From Nitrospinaceae bacterium (lineage in GTDB: Bacteria > Nitrospinota > Nitrospinia > Nitrospinales > Nitrospinaceae), in contig OZ245011.1 in assembly GCA_965223665.1 (NCBI GenBank), forward strand, positions 1,888,001 to 1,952,000: a stretch of 64,000 bases of DNA, written 5' to 3'. The stretch's first letter is position 1. Every line of letters starts with the position of its first letter. The notes beneath the pieces were generated by a model. The model ran no database searches, was not told where the DNA came from, and saw nothing but the letters and a program-made list of their open reading frames with translations. Both the position numbers and the translations under genes were made by a program. This document shows positions 36,953 through 46,499 of this stretch, one piece after another.

Positions 36953-39253
36953 ATGTATATAACCACACTCATCCGTTGGCGAAGGACGATATTGTTAATG
37001 TGGGCGTGTGTTCTTTTGGCATTCGCCGGGATTATAGTGAACAAACTCTTTTTGTCGTCGGATCCTTCCATTGATAATTCCGTCGGCATTTGGTTCAACA
37101 AAACCGATCCGGATTTAATCACATACGAACAATACAACGATACTTTCGGGGAAAAGGAATGGAGTATTCTGCTTTTGCAAACGGATTCCATTTACAGCCC
37201 CGAATTCTTATCGGATCTTGATTCCATCACGGAAAAAATCAGTGAACTCAAAAACGTTGTCAAGGTCACCTCAATCACCAATGTTCGCGATAATTTTTTG
37301 ACCGACGATGGCTCTCTGGATTACAGACGACTCTATTCGGAGCAGGTGCCCACCGATTCCAAGGCGCTTCAACAATTTCAGGATCAACTGAAACGTAATC
37401 CGATTTTTGAGCGAAGTCTCATTATAAAAAATGATGAGACTTCCACTGCGCTGCTTATTCAAAATGACAATTTCATCAATGACCCGACCGAATACCGGAT
37501 TCAACTGGTCGACGGCATCACCCACATTGTCAATGAACACGCCAGTATAAAAAACTTTGCGCTGGCCGGAACCACCGTGGTTAATGCAGAACTTAACCGT
37601 GCGTCTAAACGGGACGTGTTTGTTTTTTACTCTTTGATCACCGTGTTGCTGACCTTCATCGGTTTTTATATATTGAAGAGTCTGCGCAATTTACTGGTGA
37701 TGTATTCCGTAGTAGTCACCAGTTCCATCCCGGCGATGGGCATGCTGGCCGCGCTGAACATTCCTTACAATATGATCACCGTCATGCTGCCCACCATCTT
37801 AATTGCGCTTTCGGTAGCGGGAGTCGTTCACATAATTACGGAGTTTCATCTTTCCCGTTTTAAACAATCGAGTGAGGCGGCCATCGCCACAACCTTGAGC
37901 CGATTGTTTAAGCCCACCGTCTGGACGACGGTCACTACAATTGCCGGGTTCAGTTCTTTCACCACCAGTAATGTGTTTCCCGTTTTTCAGTTGGGCTTGT
38001 TCTCCGCGGTCGGGTTGTTCCTGGCGGGTGTCGCCAATTTAGTGATTGCCCCTCTTCTATTGCTTATGCTTTGGCCGGACCGAATTCAATCCCCCGAGCC
38101 ATTCAAAAAACCCAACTCTCTGAACCGTTGGCATAACTCGAATGGATTTCGCTTTGGAGTTTTATTGTGTACGTTGATCCTGCTGCTGCCTGTTTTCAGC
38201 TTGCCGCGACTGGAAGTCGACACGAACTATATAAAATTCTTTTCGGAATCGCATCCGACGTCTCAATCCTATGACCTGATTAAAAAAGTAGGGTTTGCGC
38301 AGAACCCGATTGTCCTGCAATTAAAATATTCAGACGATCAACCCTACTCCGCTTCACAACAAATTAAAGGAACTGTTGCATTTGAGAAAGCGCTAAAAAA
38401 GTTGCCGGAAGTGGTGAAAATTTTATCCTCCAGTGACTTCCTGGAAGAAATCAATAAAGCGTTTAATGATCAAGAAGCGAAACCGCTGGACCGGTACAAC
38501 AAATCTCAGATCGAGCAGTTGCTGTTACTGGGAGAACTCAGTGGTAATGACGATCTCACCGATTTCATTCTTTCTGGAGCCACCGATGTTCAGATCATTG
38601 TCATGACGCAATACATGAGTTCGCGAGAGCTCGATGCGTTTAAAGACAAGCTGTTCAATTTACAAAATCAGTTTCTTCCTAAAGAAGTGCATATGGATGT
38701 GACGGGTACCACCACCTTGTGGGCCAACATGGATACGCAGGTCAGCAACACTCAGTTTTATTCTCTGTTGTTTATCACTTTATTCCTGTTGGTGTTGTTG
38801 CCGCTGATATTTGGCTCTCTCACGCTGGGGCTGATCGGGTTGGCTGTTAACATTTTGCCACTGGCGATTACATTGGGCACTATGGCGTTTCTCGATATCA
38901 AAATTAATATTGCTACTGCACTCATTGGTGGAATTTCGTTGGGCGTAGTGGTGGATGACACCATTCACTTCATTTCTCGAATCATTCAAAACCAAAAAAG
39001 CGGACAAAGCATTACCGAGGCGGTAGAAAACTCTATTCAAACCATCGGCAAAAGTATTATTTATACCACCTTGATTTTAATTGTCGGGTTTTCCTGTATG
39101 GCATCCTCAAACTTTCTACCCAGCGCGCACTTTGGAATTTTTATTTCCTTGTCCATCTTCCTGGCGTTACTACTGGATTTATTTTGCGTTCCGGCTTTAT
39201 TAAAATCGTTTCCGGAACTCACAAAACGAAGAAGGCTGGCCGAACAGTCTTGA
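36953..39253 (+). CDS. MMPL/RND-family lipid exporter
   Basis: Two repeats of TM + periplasmic loop + 5 TM; TTIAGF, GVVVDDTIH, GF...SNF. Confidence 0.92.
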   Translation: MYITTLIRWRRTILLMWACVLLAFAGIIVNKLFLSSDPSIDNSVGIWFNKTDPDLITYEQYNDTFGEKEWSILLLQTDSIYSPEFLSDLDSITEKISELKNVVKVTSITNVRDNFLTDDGSLDYRRLYSEQVPTDSKALQQFQDQLKRNPIFERSLIIKNDETSTALLIQNDNFINDPTEYRIQLVDGITHIVNEHASIKNFALAGTTVVNAELNRASKRDVFVFYSLITVLLTFIGFYILKSLRNLLVMYSVVVTSSIPAMGMLAALNIPYNMITVMLPTILIALSVAGVVHIITEFHLSRFKQSSEAAIATTLSRLFKPTVWTTVTTIAGFSSFTTSNVFPVFQLGLFSAVGLFLAGVANLVIAPLLLLMLWPDRIQSPEPFKKPNSLNRWHNSNGFRFGVLLCTLILLLPVFSLPRLEVDTNYIKFFSESHPTSQSYDLIKKVGFAQNPIVLQLKYSDDQPYSASQQIKGTVAFEKALKKLPEVVKILSSSDFLEEINKAFNDQEAKPLDRYNKSQIEQLLLLGELSGNDDLTDFILSGATDVQIIVMTQYMSSRELDAFKDKLFNLQNQFLPKEVHMDVTGTTTLWANMDTQVSNTQFYSLLFITLFLLVLLPLIFGSLTLGLIGLAVNILPLAITLGTMAFLDIKINIATALIGGISLGVVVDDTIHFISRIIQNQKSGQSITEAVENSIQTIGKSIIYTTLILIVGFSCMASSNFLPSAHFGIFISLSIFLALLLDLFCVPALLKSFPELTKRRRLAEQS

Positions 39254-39301
39254 TTTTTTTGGGGAATGATATAAAGTCAGAATCACAGAGGGGGGCAAAG
39301 C

Positions 39302-39730
39302 ATGATTCTGGAAAACCAAATAGACATAGACGCACCACAGGACCGAGTTTGGAAAATCACCATCGATGTTGAATCCTGGCCGCAATGGTCACCGGCTATG
39401 GAAAGAATTGTTCGCGAAGACAAAGGCGAGTTCCAGGTCGGAAGCACCGCACTCATCAAACAAAAAATGATTCCCGAAACCCGGTGGGTGGTCACCAGTT
39501 GCACTCCCCCGGAAAGTTTCTCCTGGAAAGCCAAGGTGCTGGGCATTGAAATGATAGCCACGCATTTTCTCCTTCCCCGCGAATCCGGCGTCACCAGTAT
39601 GCTGCAATTGGAAATGGTAGGCGCTATGGCAGCAATTTTAGGTCCGGCCATCAAAGATCAAGTCACCAAGGCCCTGGCCGAAGAAAACCACGGCCTCAAA
39701 CAATTTTGCGAAGCGGAAGAAAAAGGGTAA
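39302..39730 (+). CDS. SRPBCC/polyketide cyclase-like lipid-binding protein
   Basis: IDIDAPQDRVW...DVESWPQW; C-terminal GLKQFCE. Confidence 0.88.
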   Translation: MILENQIDIDAPQDRVWKITIDVESWPQWSPAMERIVREDKGEFQVGSTALIKQKMIPETRWVVTSCTPPESFSWKAKVLGIEMIATHFLLPRESGVTSMLQLEMVGAMAAILGPAIKDQVTKALAEENHGLKQFCEAEEKG

Positions 39731-39802
39731 AGAAAAATATTTTAAAATCAAGACAAGTAGGATCATAGGAATAAAAATTTTGTTAAATTAAAAGTAAATA
39801 AA

Positions 39803-40450
39803 ATGTATTGGGGTTTTAAAAATATCTATGGTGAAAGGTTAGATAGGTTGAACAACGCTCCTCCATTTAAGGAAATAGTAGAGAAAATTAACGAGGAGAT
39901 GAAGGTAGTCTGCTGTCATTGGATAGAGGCCCAGGATGATCCCATAGATTATATTTTTGAGCCACCGTTTCACCGCATCGTTTTTTGCGTAGAAGTTAGT
40001 GAAGACCTCTTTGATATATTCTTTAATTCCAAAAATGGATATCGTGCTCAATATTTTATTTCTCCGGAACAAGGCCTTATAGAAAACTGTAAACTTATCA
40101 AGACGGTCACTCCGAAACTTATGGAAGAGATGCAAAATATTAGTGATTGTAAAGGTATAGACGACTGGGCAAGGAAATCATTAGAGGAAGAGTCAGCAAA
40201 AGCTTGGCGCCTCGAAATAGGAAAAGAACTCTGTACAAATTGTAAAATTGACAGTGAAGACGCAAAATCAGAAATTAGAAATAATCGTTGGGAAATTTTT
40301 AACCATACGAATGCAGAAAAGGGTGTAAAAGCTCATTACTTTAATAAGATTCGTTTCTTCGGTGGTTTTTTAAATAAAAAATTTCAACCTTGGGTTGATA
40401 AGAAAAAATGGTGTCGGCACTGGGAAATCCACAAATGGGGTTTTTCTTAA
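39803..40450 (+). CDS. Hypothetical protein (AT-rich)
   Basis: 215-aa ORF, codon usage unlike the neighbours, no recognised motif. Confidence 0.7.
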   Translation: MYWGFKNIYGERLDRLNNAPPFKEIVEKINEEMKVVCCHWIEAQDDPIDYIFEPPFHRIVFCVEVSEDLFDIFFNSKNGYRAQYFISPEQGLIENCKLIKTVTPKLMEEMQNISDCKGIDDWARKSLEEESAKAWRLEIGKELCTNCKIDSEDAKSEIRNNRWEIFNHTNAEKGVKAHYFNKIRFFGGFLNKKFQPWVDKKKWCRHWEIHKWGFS

Positions 40451-40569
40451 TAGGCCACAAGCCGTCATCGAGATCAAAAAAGAGTTTTGCTCCTCCGACT
40501 TCCTTTTCTTGCTTAGTTTTTCCCAACCTATGGGGTTACCTTTAGAAGAAACCTGTTGAAAGTGTTAGT

Positions 40570-40611
40570 GATGTGCTCCCTCTTTCCTAAAGAGGGCTGG
40601 GGTGATTGACC
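40570..40611 (-). repeat. REP-like repeat, short form
   Basis: Reverse complement GGTCAATCACCCCAGCCCTCTTTAGGAAAGAGGGAGCACATC; 41/42 identical to 60667-60708. Confidence 0.9.
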
Positions 40612-40644
40612 ACTTGGGGTTTCAGAACTGTTAGAAGAAATAGT

Positions 40645-40712
40645 GAGAAGTTTCTGCGAATTCAGTTTGCAGGAAAACACATCGCAAATCAATTTTGGGT
40701 GCAGCGTCACGC
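40645..40712 (-). repeat. Partial copy of the internal segment of the long repeat; overlaps the tetR stop codon
   Basis: Reverse complement GCGTGACGCTGCACCCAAAATTGATTTGCGATG aligns with 41441 GCGTGACGCTGCACCCAGAATTAATCTTCGATG. Confidence 0.75.
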
Positions 40713-41324
40713 GGCTTTCCTGAAGAGCATTTCGATGTAGGTTTTGTAGTGTTGAATCTGGTGGGTGACGATTTTGGGATCGTTCAGGGAGCGGGCGAGG
40801 ATAAACGCGCCTTCGATTAAAACTAAAAACTGATCGGCCAGGGATTCGAGATGAACTTTTTTTGCAGGTGGGTTTTCCTTTGCAATTTTTTTTAAGCGTT
40901 TGGTCAATTCCCTCCGCCAGGTTAAAAAGACGTTATTGATAATCTCCCGTGTTTCTTCATCAAACAATTGCAACTCGTAAATGTAAGACGCCAGCAAACA
41001 TCCCGGCGAAGGTTTTTCAAATTCGGAAAAGTATTCTTCCCACAATCCGATCATGATCAGATATTGCTGTAGCGGATCGCTGCTCAATTTTTCGGCGCGG
41101 GCTAAGTTTCCCTGCATGATGTCAATGTCACTTTGGGCATAACGTTCGATCAGCTTGAATGCTAAATCGTTTTTACTTTTAAAGTGATGAAAAAACGCAC
41201 CCTTCGTCACGTCCATTGAATCGATCAAGCGGTCGATAGAAACCGCCGAAAACCCGTTGTCCAGGATCAAAGTCTGCGCCGTATCCAAAATTTTTTCGCG
41301 GGTGGCCTCCCCTTTTTTTGACAT
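40707..41324 (-). CDS. TetR/AcrR family transcriptional regulator
   Basis: TREKILDTA...GFSAVSID...VTKGAFFHHFKSK HTH; GCLL; GGAGG RBS. Confidence 0.94.
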   Translation of the reverse strand: MSKKGEATREKILDTAQTLILDNGFSAVSIDRLIDSMDVTKGAFFHHFKSKNDLAFKLIERYAQSDIDIMQGNLARAEKLSSDPLQQYLIMIGLWEEYFSEFEKPSPGCLLASYIYELQLFDEETREIINNVFLTWRRELTKRLKKIAKENPPAKKVHLESLADQFLVLIEGAFILARSLNDPKIVTHQIQHYKTYIEMLFRKAA

Positions 41325-41418
41325 GCTTTAACCTCCAAATATTAGAAAGCCTGCTTTAAACATATGATTCCTACAATTAGAAAAATACCGGCTACCCAAG
41401 GAAAGGAAAAATCCCAGG

Positions 41419-41558
41419 CGGTCAATCACCCCAGCCCGCAGCGTGACGCTGCACCCAGAATTAATCTTCGATGAGTTTCTGAAGATAACATATCGTCAGA
41501 AACCTTGCGGAAATCTCTGTTGCCTCCAACCGCCAGGTTGGAAAAGAGGGAGCGCATC
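41419..41558 (+). repeat. REP/MITE-like repeat, long form (~140 bp)
   Basis: Begins GGTCAATCACCCCAGCCC and ends GAAAAGAGGGAGCGCATC; colinear with 60464-60599. Confidence 0.8.
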
Positions 41559-41635
41559 CATCTCCTTTAAATATCTTCAGAGTTTTCTGCCCTATTTTCT
41601 TGTGGGCAAGCGTCTCTAAAAAATAGCATCTTCTT

Positions 41636-41798
41636 AAAACATATCAAATAGTATGAAAAATGTCCAACAACTTAAAAAAAAATCAAAATTAATTAACATA
41701 AATACTTATTTTTAAACACTTTATAAAAAACATACTAAATAGTATTGACTTTTACGATTTCCTGCCTATAATTAAACATACTGAATGGTATGTTTAAT
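41636..41798. promoter_or_regulatory. Three probable TetR operators plus the desaturase promoter
   Basis: Perfect inverted repeat ATTAAACATAC-tgaatg-GTATGTTTAAT (41771-41798); degenerate copies at 41727-41748 and 41636-41657; TTGACT-16bp-TATAAT at 41745-41772. Confidence 0.75.
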
Positions 41799-41817
41799 GA
41801 ACTGAGAGGAGGAACTC

Positions 41818-42561
41818 ATGTTTGAAATCATCGAAATTATCACACTGGCCACTATTCCGGCATTTTTGTTACTGGATATATGGATGCAGAAACGTAAATA
41901 CTCGGCTCCGCGCTATTGGCGGTTGCGCGCCCTGCTGGTTACCATCGCAATCGTATTTGTGGCCGAGCAGGTGGCTTCGTTCTGGGGAGGTGTTTTTGGA
42001 GAAACCCATTTACTCGATTTAAGTGGTCTGGGGATTGTCGGCGGGGCTGTGGTCGGACTTCTGGTTTACGAGTTTTTTCATTATTGGTATCACCGCCTCG
42101 CGCATCAATGGGATTGGTTATGGAAAGCGGGACACCAGATGCACCACAGTGCGGAAAGTCTGGATGCGTTTGGCGCCAATTATCTGCATCCGCTGGATGC
42201 CGCCATATTTGCCACCATTGGCAGTCTGGTTTTCTTTCCCCTTTTGGGACTGCAAACCGAGGCGGGAATTGTAGCCACGTTGTTCTTAACTTTTAATGCA
42301 ATGTTTCAACACGCGAATATCAACACACCGCATTGGCTCGGTTACATTATTCAGCGACCGGAAAGCCATGCGATTCACCACAGCAAAGGGTTTCATCGCA
42401 ACAACTATGCGGATCTCGCTTTATGGGACATGGTGTTTGGCACGTTTCAAAATCCGAAAAGTGTCGATGACCTGGAAATGGGTTTTTACAAAGGCGCTTC
42501 AGGTCGGATTAAAGATATGCTGCTCGGCCGCGATGTCACCATTCCGCAAATCAGCCAATGA
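41818..42561 (+). CDS. Sterol desaturase / fatty acid hydroxylase family protein
   Basis: His boxes YWYHRLAH, HQMHHS, FQHAN, HAIHH; GAGGAGG RBS. Confidence 0.93.
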   Translation: MFEIIEIITLATIPAFLLLDIWMQKRKYSAPRYWRLRALLVTIAIVFVAEQVASFWGGVFGETHLLDLSGLGIVGGAVVGLLVYEFFHYWYHRLAHQWDWLWKAGHQMHHSAESLDAFGANYLHPLDAAIFATIGSLVFFPLLGLQTEAGIVATLFLTFNAMFQHANINTPHWLGYIIQRPESHAIHHSKGFHRNNYADLALWDMVFGTFQNPKSVDDLEMGFYKGASGRIKDMLLGRDVTIPQISQ

Positions 42562-42830
42562 AAATATTAATGAAACCTCAGACACTTCCATCTCCCGGAA
42601 GTCTGAAAGCTTCCGGGAAAAAGGAATACCAGAAGGGACTCAACGCAAAGTTTACTCACTACCCCACCCCCTATGCCTGTGTCCGCCGGTGAACAAAAGC
42701 GCATTAAATAAGGGTTAAAAGTGGCACCTCTATTAGGGGAACTTAATAATTTTGCATTTCCTTTAAAAAACCTTTTAACATGATTAATTAATAGAAAAAA
42801 TCGATTAAATTTTTTATTTGTGGGGACAAA

Positions 42831-43223
42831 ATGAAATTTAGCGTAAACCACCTGACCAATAATGGGGAAGAAGTCATTCGAGTGAATCTGCTTTGCGATG
42901 TGAACAGCAAAGACTGGTTGATTTTGTTTGAGGACATTTTCAACCGTAATCCTGAAAAAGAGATCTTCAAATTCTTGATCGACAATCGCAATCATGCGGA
43001 CCAGATGAATTTCCAAGGATTCATTGAACTGGGAAAACTTTTGAAAAAATTTAAGATTAAAGAATTTATTGTTGGCGTTTTGGCCAGCGATAAAGGAATG
43101 TATGATTTGAGAAATCTTTTTCTTCGCGTGTCTATGGATCAGGGATTCAACGTCAAGTGCGACGTGTTCGAAGAAGAAACCCAAGTCATGAAGTGGTTAT
43201 CCCAAACAACAATTCTCAACTGA
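42831..43223 (+). CDS. Hypothetical protein, STAS/SpoIIAA-like
   Basis: FLIDNR and C-terminal VFEEETQVMKWL pattern typical of SpoIIAA-like proteins. Confidence 0.65.
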   Translation: MKFSVNHLTNNGEEVIRVNLLCDVNSKDWLILFEDIFNRNPEKEIFKFLIDNRNHADQMNFQGFIELGKLLKKFKIKEFIVGVLASDKGMYDLRNLFLRVSMDQGFNVKCDVFEEETQVMKWLSQTTILN

Positions 43224-43426
43224 CGATTTAACTTGAAAATGCTTCCAACTGGGAAACTCATCTACAATAACAATTCTCTTCATAATTCCTGCTGAATTTT
43301 AAAATTACGCGTTAATTTCATTCATAAATTTTTAATGGAGTGATTTATCCTAATTTTATTAAATGCTCCCTCTCCTCCTATCCTACTCTTTTCACGCTCC
43401 CATACTAAATGTCTCTACGGAAGCAT

Positions 43427-43455
43427 TTGACATAACCCACCAAAAAGGGTAGTTT
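43427..43455 (+). promoter_or_regulatory. Sigma70-type promoter for paralog 6
   Basis: TTGACA-17bp-TAGTTT. Confidence 0.6.
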
Positions 43456-43504
43456 TTAAATTCAACTATTTATTAACTACTTGAAACCAAATTAGGAAAA
43501 CAAA

Positions 43505-44350
43505 ATGAACCGATTATTATGTCAATGGATCCTAACCATAGGGTTAATTTCCTTTTTAAACTCCTCTTCGTTCGCGGTTACAAAAACTTTCTCAAATCCG
43601 GAGGACAGTTATGTTCGTCAAACATCCCCTACTACAAATTACGGTTCCGATACGGTTTTACTTGCTGATGGAGTTTCACAAGACCCCGACAACGGAAAGT
43701 TTGGAGAAGTTGCAACTCTCATCAAATGGGACATCTCCTCGATCCCACCGGATGCCTCGATTACAAGTGTAAAAATCAAGTTGAATATTACCGATTCCAG
43801 TATCCATCGTTATAATATTTATAATCAAACTTCCCCCTGGGATGAAAATTCTGTTACCTGGAATGATATGAGTCAAGGATCCGTTTTATTTCAACAAGTC
43901 CCTCCACTCACTGTTGGCCAGGTTACCCTGGTGGTTGTACCCAACGCAGTAGATTTAATACAAAAATGGGTCAATGGAGTCGTTCCGAACAATGGAGTTA
44001 TTATCCGGAATATGTCTTCAAATAACGGAATTGATATAGACTCCAAAGAAACACCTTCTGGGTTGGCTCCAACTCTGGAGGTATCTTATACCACCAGTGG
44101 AATTACCGGGCATGAAATCGTTTTATCAGATACCGTATTAGTACCCAGTGGTAGTACCGCAAATGCTACCGCCACTTGTCCTGAAGGAAAAGTAGTCACT
44201 GGAGGAGGTTTTAAGGCTGACAGTCCATTTACTTTTGCTCATAGTTCTTTTCCCACTTCAGACGTTACCTGGCGTGTGGAAGTTAAAAATCAAGGAGCAG
44301 GTCCTTCGGAAAAAATGTGGGCGTATGCCGTTTGCGCCGATGAAGGCTGA
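43505..44350 (+). CDS. Secreted DNRLRE-like domain protein, type C (small disulfide-bonded C-domain); paralog 6
   Basis: Family N-domain; C-terminal ATATCPEGKVVTGGG...W...YAVCA. Confidence 0.88.
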   Translation: MNRLLCQWILTIGLISFLNSSSFAVTKTFSNPEDSYVRQTSPTTNYGSDTVLLADGVSQDPDNGKFGEVATLIKWDISSIPPDASITSVKIKLNITDSSIHRYNIYNQTSPWDENSVTWNDMSQGSVLFQQVPPLTVGQVTLVVVPNAVDLIQKWVNGVVPNNGVIIRNMSSNNGIDIDSKETPSGLAPTLEVSYTTSGITGHEIVLSDTVLVPSGSTANATATCPEGKVVTGGGFKADSPFTFAHSSFPTSDVTWRVEVKNQGAGPSEKMWAYAVCADEG

Positions 44351-44439
44351 ATGTGACAAGTCGCATTTGTAGAATAGGATAAATAGAGTCATTTAATTTA
44401 ATGAATTCATTTCATTTTTAATCAGAGGAAATAAAAAAT

Positions 44440-44464
44440 GCCCTCCCTGAATTTCAGGGAGGGC
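44440..44464. terminator. Bidirectional terminator between convergent paralogs 6 and 7
   Basis: GCCCTCCCTGAA-t-TTCAGGGAGGGC with A run 5' and T run 3'. Confidence 0.85.
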
Positions 44465-44483
44465 TTTAAGTTTTGCAGTTAAA

Positions 44484-46058
44484 CTAATTAGGCTCGGACA
44501 AACTCCCCGCCACCCATTCATTGTCATTCGCAGCTGTGCGGTTTGCCCCGCCACTTACGGTCGAGCGATTTCCATTTGCAGAATTTTCTGATCCACCGCT
44601 TACACTTGAAGCAGGCCCCATAGCATTGTTAGCGAATCCCCCGCTTACACTGGATCCACCGCCCTGAGCTTTATTATTTGAACCTCCACTCACCGTAGAG
44701 GAGCTTCCAATTGTTTCATTAGTTGAACCACCCAGTATGGATGAATTGGAACCTGTAGTAATATTTAACGAACCTCCTAGAATACTTGATTGTCTGCCAT
44801 TTGCAGTGTTTCTACTTCCACCGCTTATGGTTGATTCAGTATTTGTAGCGTGATTTCTAGTCCCACCGCTTACAGTAGAATTTCCTCCTGCGGCAGTATT
44901 AGATGAACCACCTGTTACACTTGACCCGGTTGCACTTGCAATATTACTTACTCCCGCACTAATGTGGGAATAGCCTCCACTGGCTATATTCCAAAGTCCA
45001 CCACTAATACTTGCCAACTCTTCAATAGATTGATTGAGACTTCCTCCTAGAACCGTTGCATATTTTGCGGAAATCACATTATACTCTCCAGCGACCAAAC
45101 CGCCATAACTTGAATAATTATGTCCCTTGCCCACAATAATATTATGTGAACCCGATTTGTCGGGAACAGGTTTGGGTTCAGAAAAAAAGTCTGGATTGAG
45201 AGGCTCATCGTAACCTACAATTAAATTTCCGAGTCCATTTACTTCTAAACCACCAATACTTGATTTATCCCCATCAGTTGCACCCAAACCATTAACGATT
45301 TGTAAATTCACGCCTTCAAATTGAATGGTATCCCCAACGCGTTTGACACCTGTCAAGTCTGCTTTAAATTGATTTAGTATCGCGACCTGCCCCTGGAGAT
45401 CCTGGATCATGGAAAATAATTCTTCTAAAGTTGGAGTTCCTTCCATGAGGGTTATTTCGAGTAAAGGGTGAAATCCTGCTGATTCGCTAGAACCCATTTG
45501 AATACTATTATTGGTGCCATTACTTTGGATAACAAAACCATAGTTAGGAATAGAACCATCTATCCAACCTTGAACTAATGCCACGCCATCACTATTCAAA
45601 TCCAAGGTAACCACACCAAACGAAAAAGGAGCGACGGTTCCTAACACAAACTCTGCAGGATTTATATCATTCCATGTCACCGTTCCCTCTGACCATGAAC
45701 TATTCTGTTGGTACAAATGATATAACCCGGAACTTGCATTCGTATAATCAAACGTAATAGAAACGTTCGTTACAGTGGCGGTGGCAAGAATTGAGGAGAT
45801 ATCCCATTTTAGAATAGTCATCGCTTCGCCATAAATTCCTGTATCCGGATCCTGAGTAACCCCATCGGACAATAAGATGACTTCACTTCCAAAATTAGTG
45901 CTGGGAGAAGTACTTCGACCATAACTATCTTCCGTTCCGGAATAGGTTGCATCCGGAGAAACTCCATCCTGAAAACTGACCGTTGTCATTGCGAAAACAG
46001 GCACATTCAGCACAACTATTAATAATGAAAAAACTCCTAAACTTAAAATCCGTTTCAT
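44484..46058 (-). CDS. Secreted DNRLRE-like domain protein, type A; paralog 7
   Basis: GAGGAG RBS; TTVSFQDGVSPD extension; 12 solenoid units; ends EWVAGSLSEPN. Confidence 0.9.
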   Translation of the reverse strand: MKRILSLGVFSLLIVVLNVPVFAMTTVSFQDGVSPDATYSGTEDSYGRSTSPSTNFGSEVILLSDGVTQDPDTGIYGEAMTILKWDISSILATATVTNVSITFDYTNASSGLYHLYQQNSSWSEGTVTWNDINPAEFVLGTVAPFSFGVVTLDLNSDGVALVQGWIDGSIPNYGFVIQSNGTNNSIQMGSSESAGFHPLLEITLMEGTPTLEELFSMIQDLQGQVAILNQFKADLTGVKRVGDTIQFEGVNLQIVNGLGATDGDKSSIGGLEVNGLGNLIVGYDEPLNPDFFSEPKPVPDKSGSHNIIVGKGHNYSSYGGLVAGEYNVISAKYATVLGGSLNQSIEELASISGGLWNIASGGYSHISAGVSNIASATGSSVTGGSSNTAAGGNSTVSGGTRNHATNTESTISGGSRNTANGRQSSILGGSLNITTGSNSSILGGSTNETIGSSSTVSGGSNNKAQGGGSSVSGGFANNAMGPASSVSGGSENSANGNRSTVSGGANRTAANDNEWVAGSLSEPN

Positions 46059-46148
46059 CTTTCTCTCCTCAGATAATAAATAATTTCAACTCGAATGGGA
46101 TACTACCCTGACTCTATACGGTTTCGAACCCGATCTCTTTTAGCGAGG

Positions 46149-46177
46149 ATATTAGACAAAATGATCTGCGCTGTCAA
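46149..46177 (-). promoter_or_regulatory. Sigma70-type promoter for paralog 7
   Basis: Minus-strand TTGACA-17bp-TAATAT. Confidence 0.6.
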
Positions 46178-46499
46178 CCTTAGAACCGTAAGACGGAAAA
46201 GCCAAAATATTTTTATCGACTATCCAAAATGAACCCACCCGAACCTACAATCGAAACATCCTTTTTCCTTTAATTAAATTGGGAAAAGCCTTGTTTTTCG
46301 CCGCACTACCTTTTTTGTAGTACAATCAACCACAACAAAAACATCGCTTCTACGATATGGGTCGTTTATGAAATCAGGCACCATTCCTCCAAAAAGTGTT
46401 TCGCTGTATTGGATGGGGTTTACAAATTCGATTGAGAAATTATTAGCTCCAATGCAAGGGAAAACTTTCTCTTTAATTCGTTTTCGGGGAGGAAACATC

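Noticed and set aside
42558-42692. 44-codon ORF overlapping the desaturase stop (ATGA)
   Set aside because: No recognisable motif or export signal, and it spans a hairpin; support is insufficient
42567-43184. 205-aa minus-strand ORF and the many other short antisense ORFs in the track
   Set aside because: Shadows of better-supported genes on the opposite strand or in another frame
46105-46140. tRNA T-loop-like GGGTTCGAAACC on the minus strand
   Set aside because: The T-stem does not pair canonically and no D-arm, anticodon arm or acceptor 5' strand can be built
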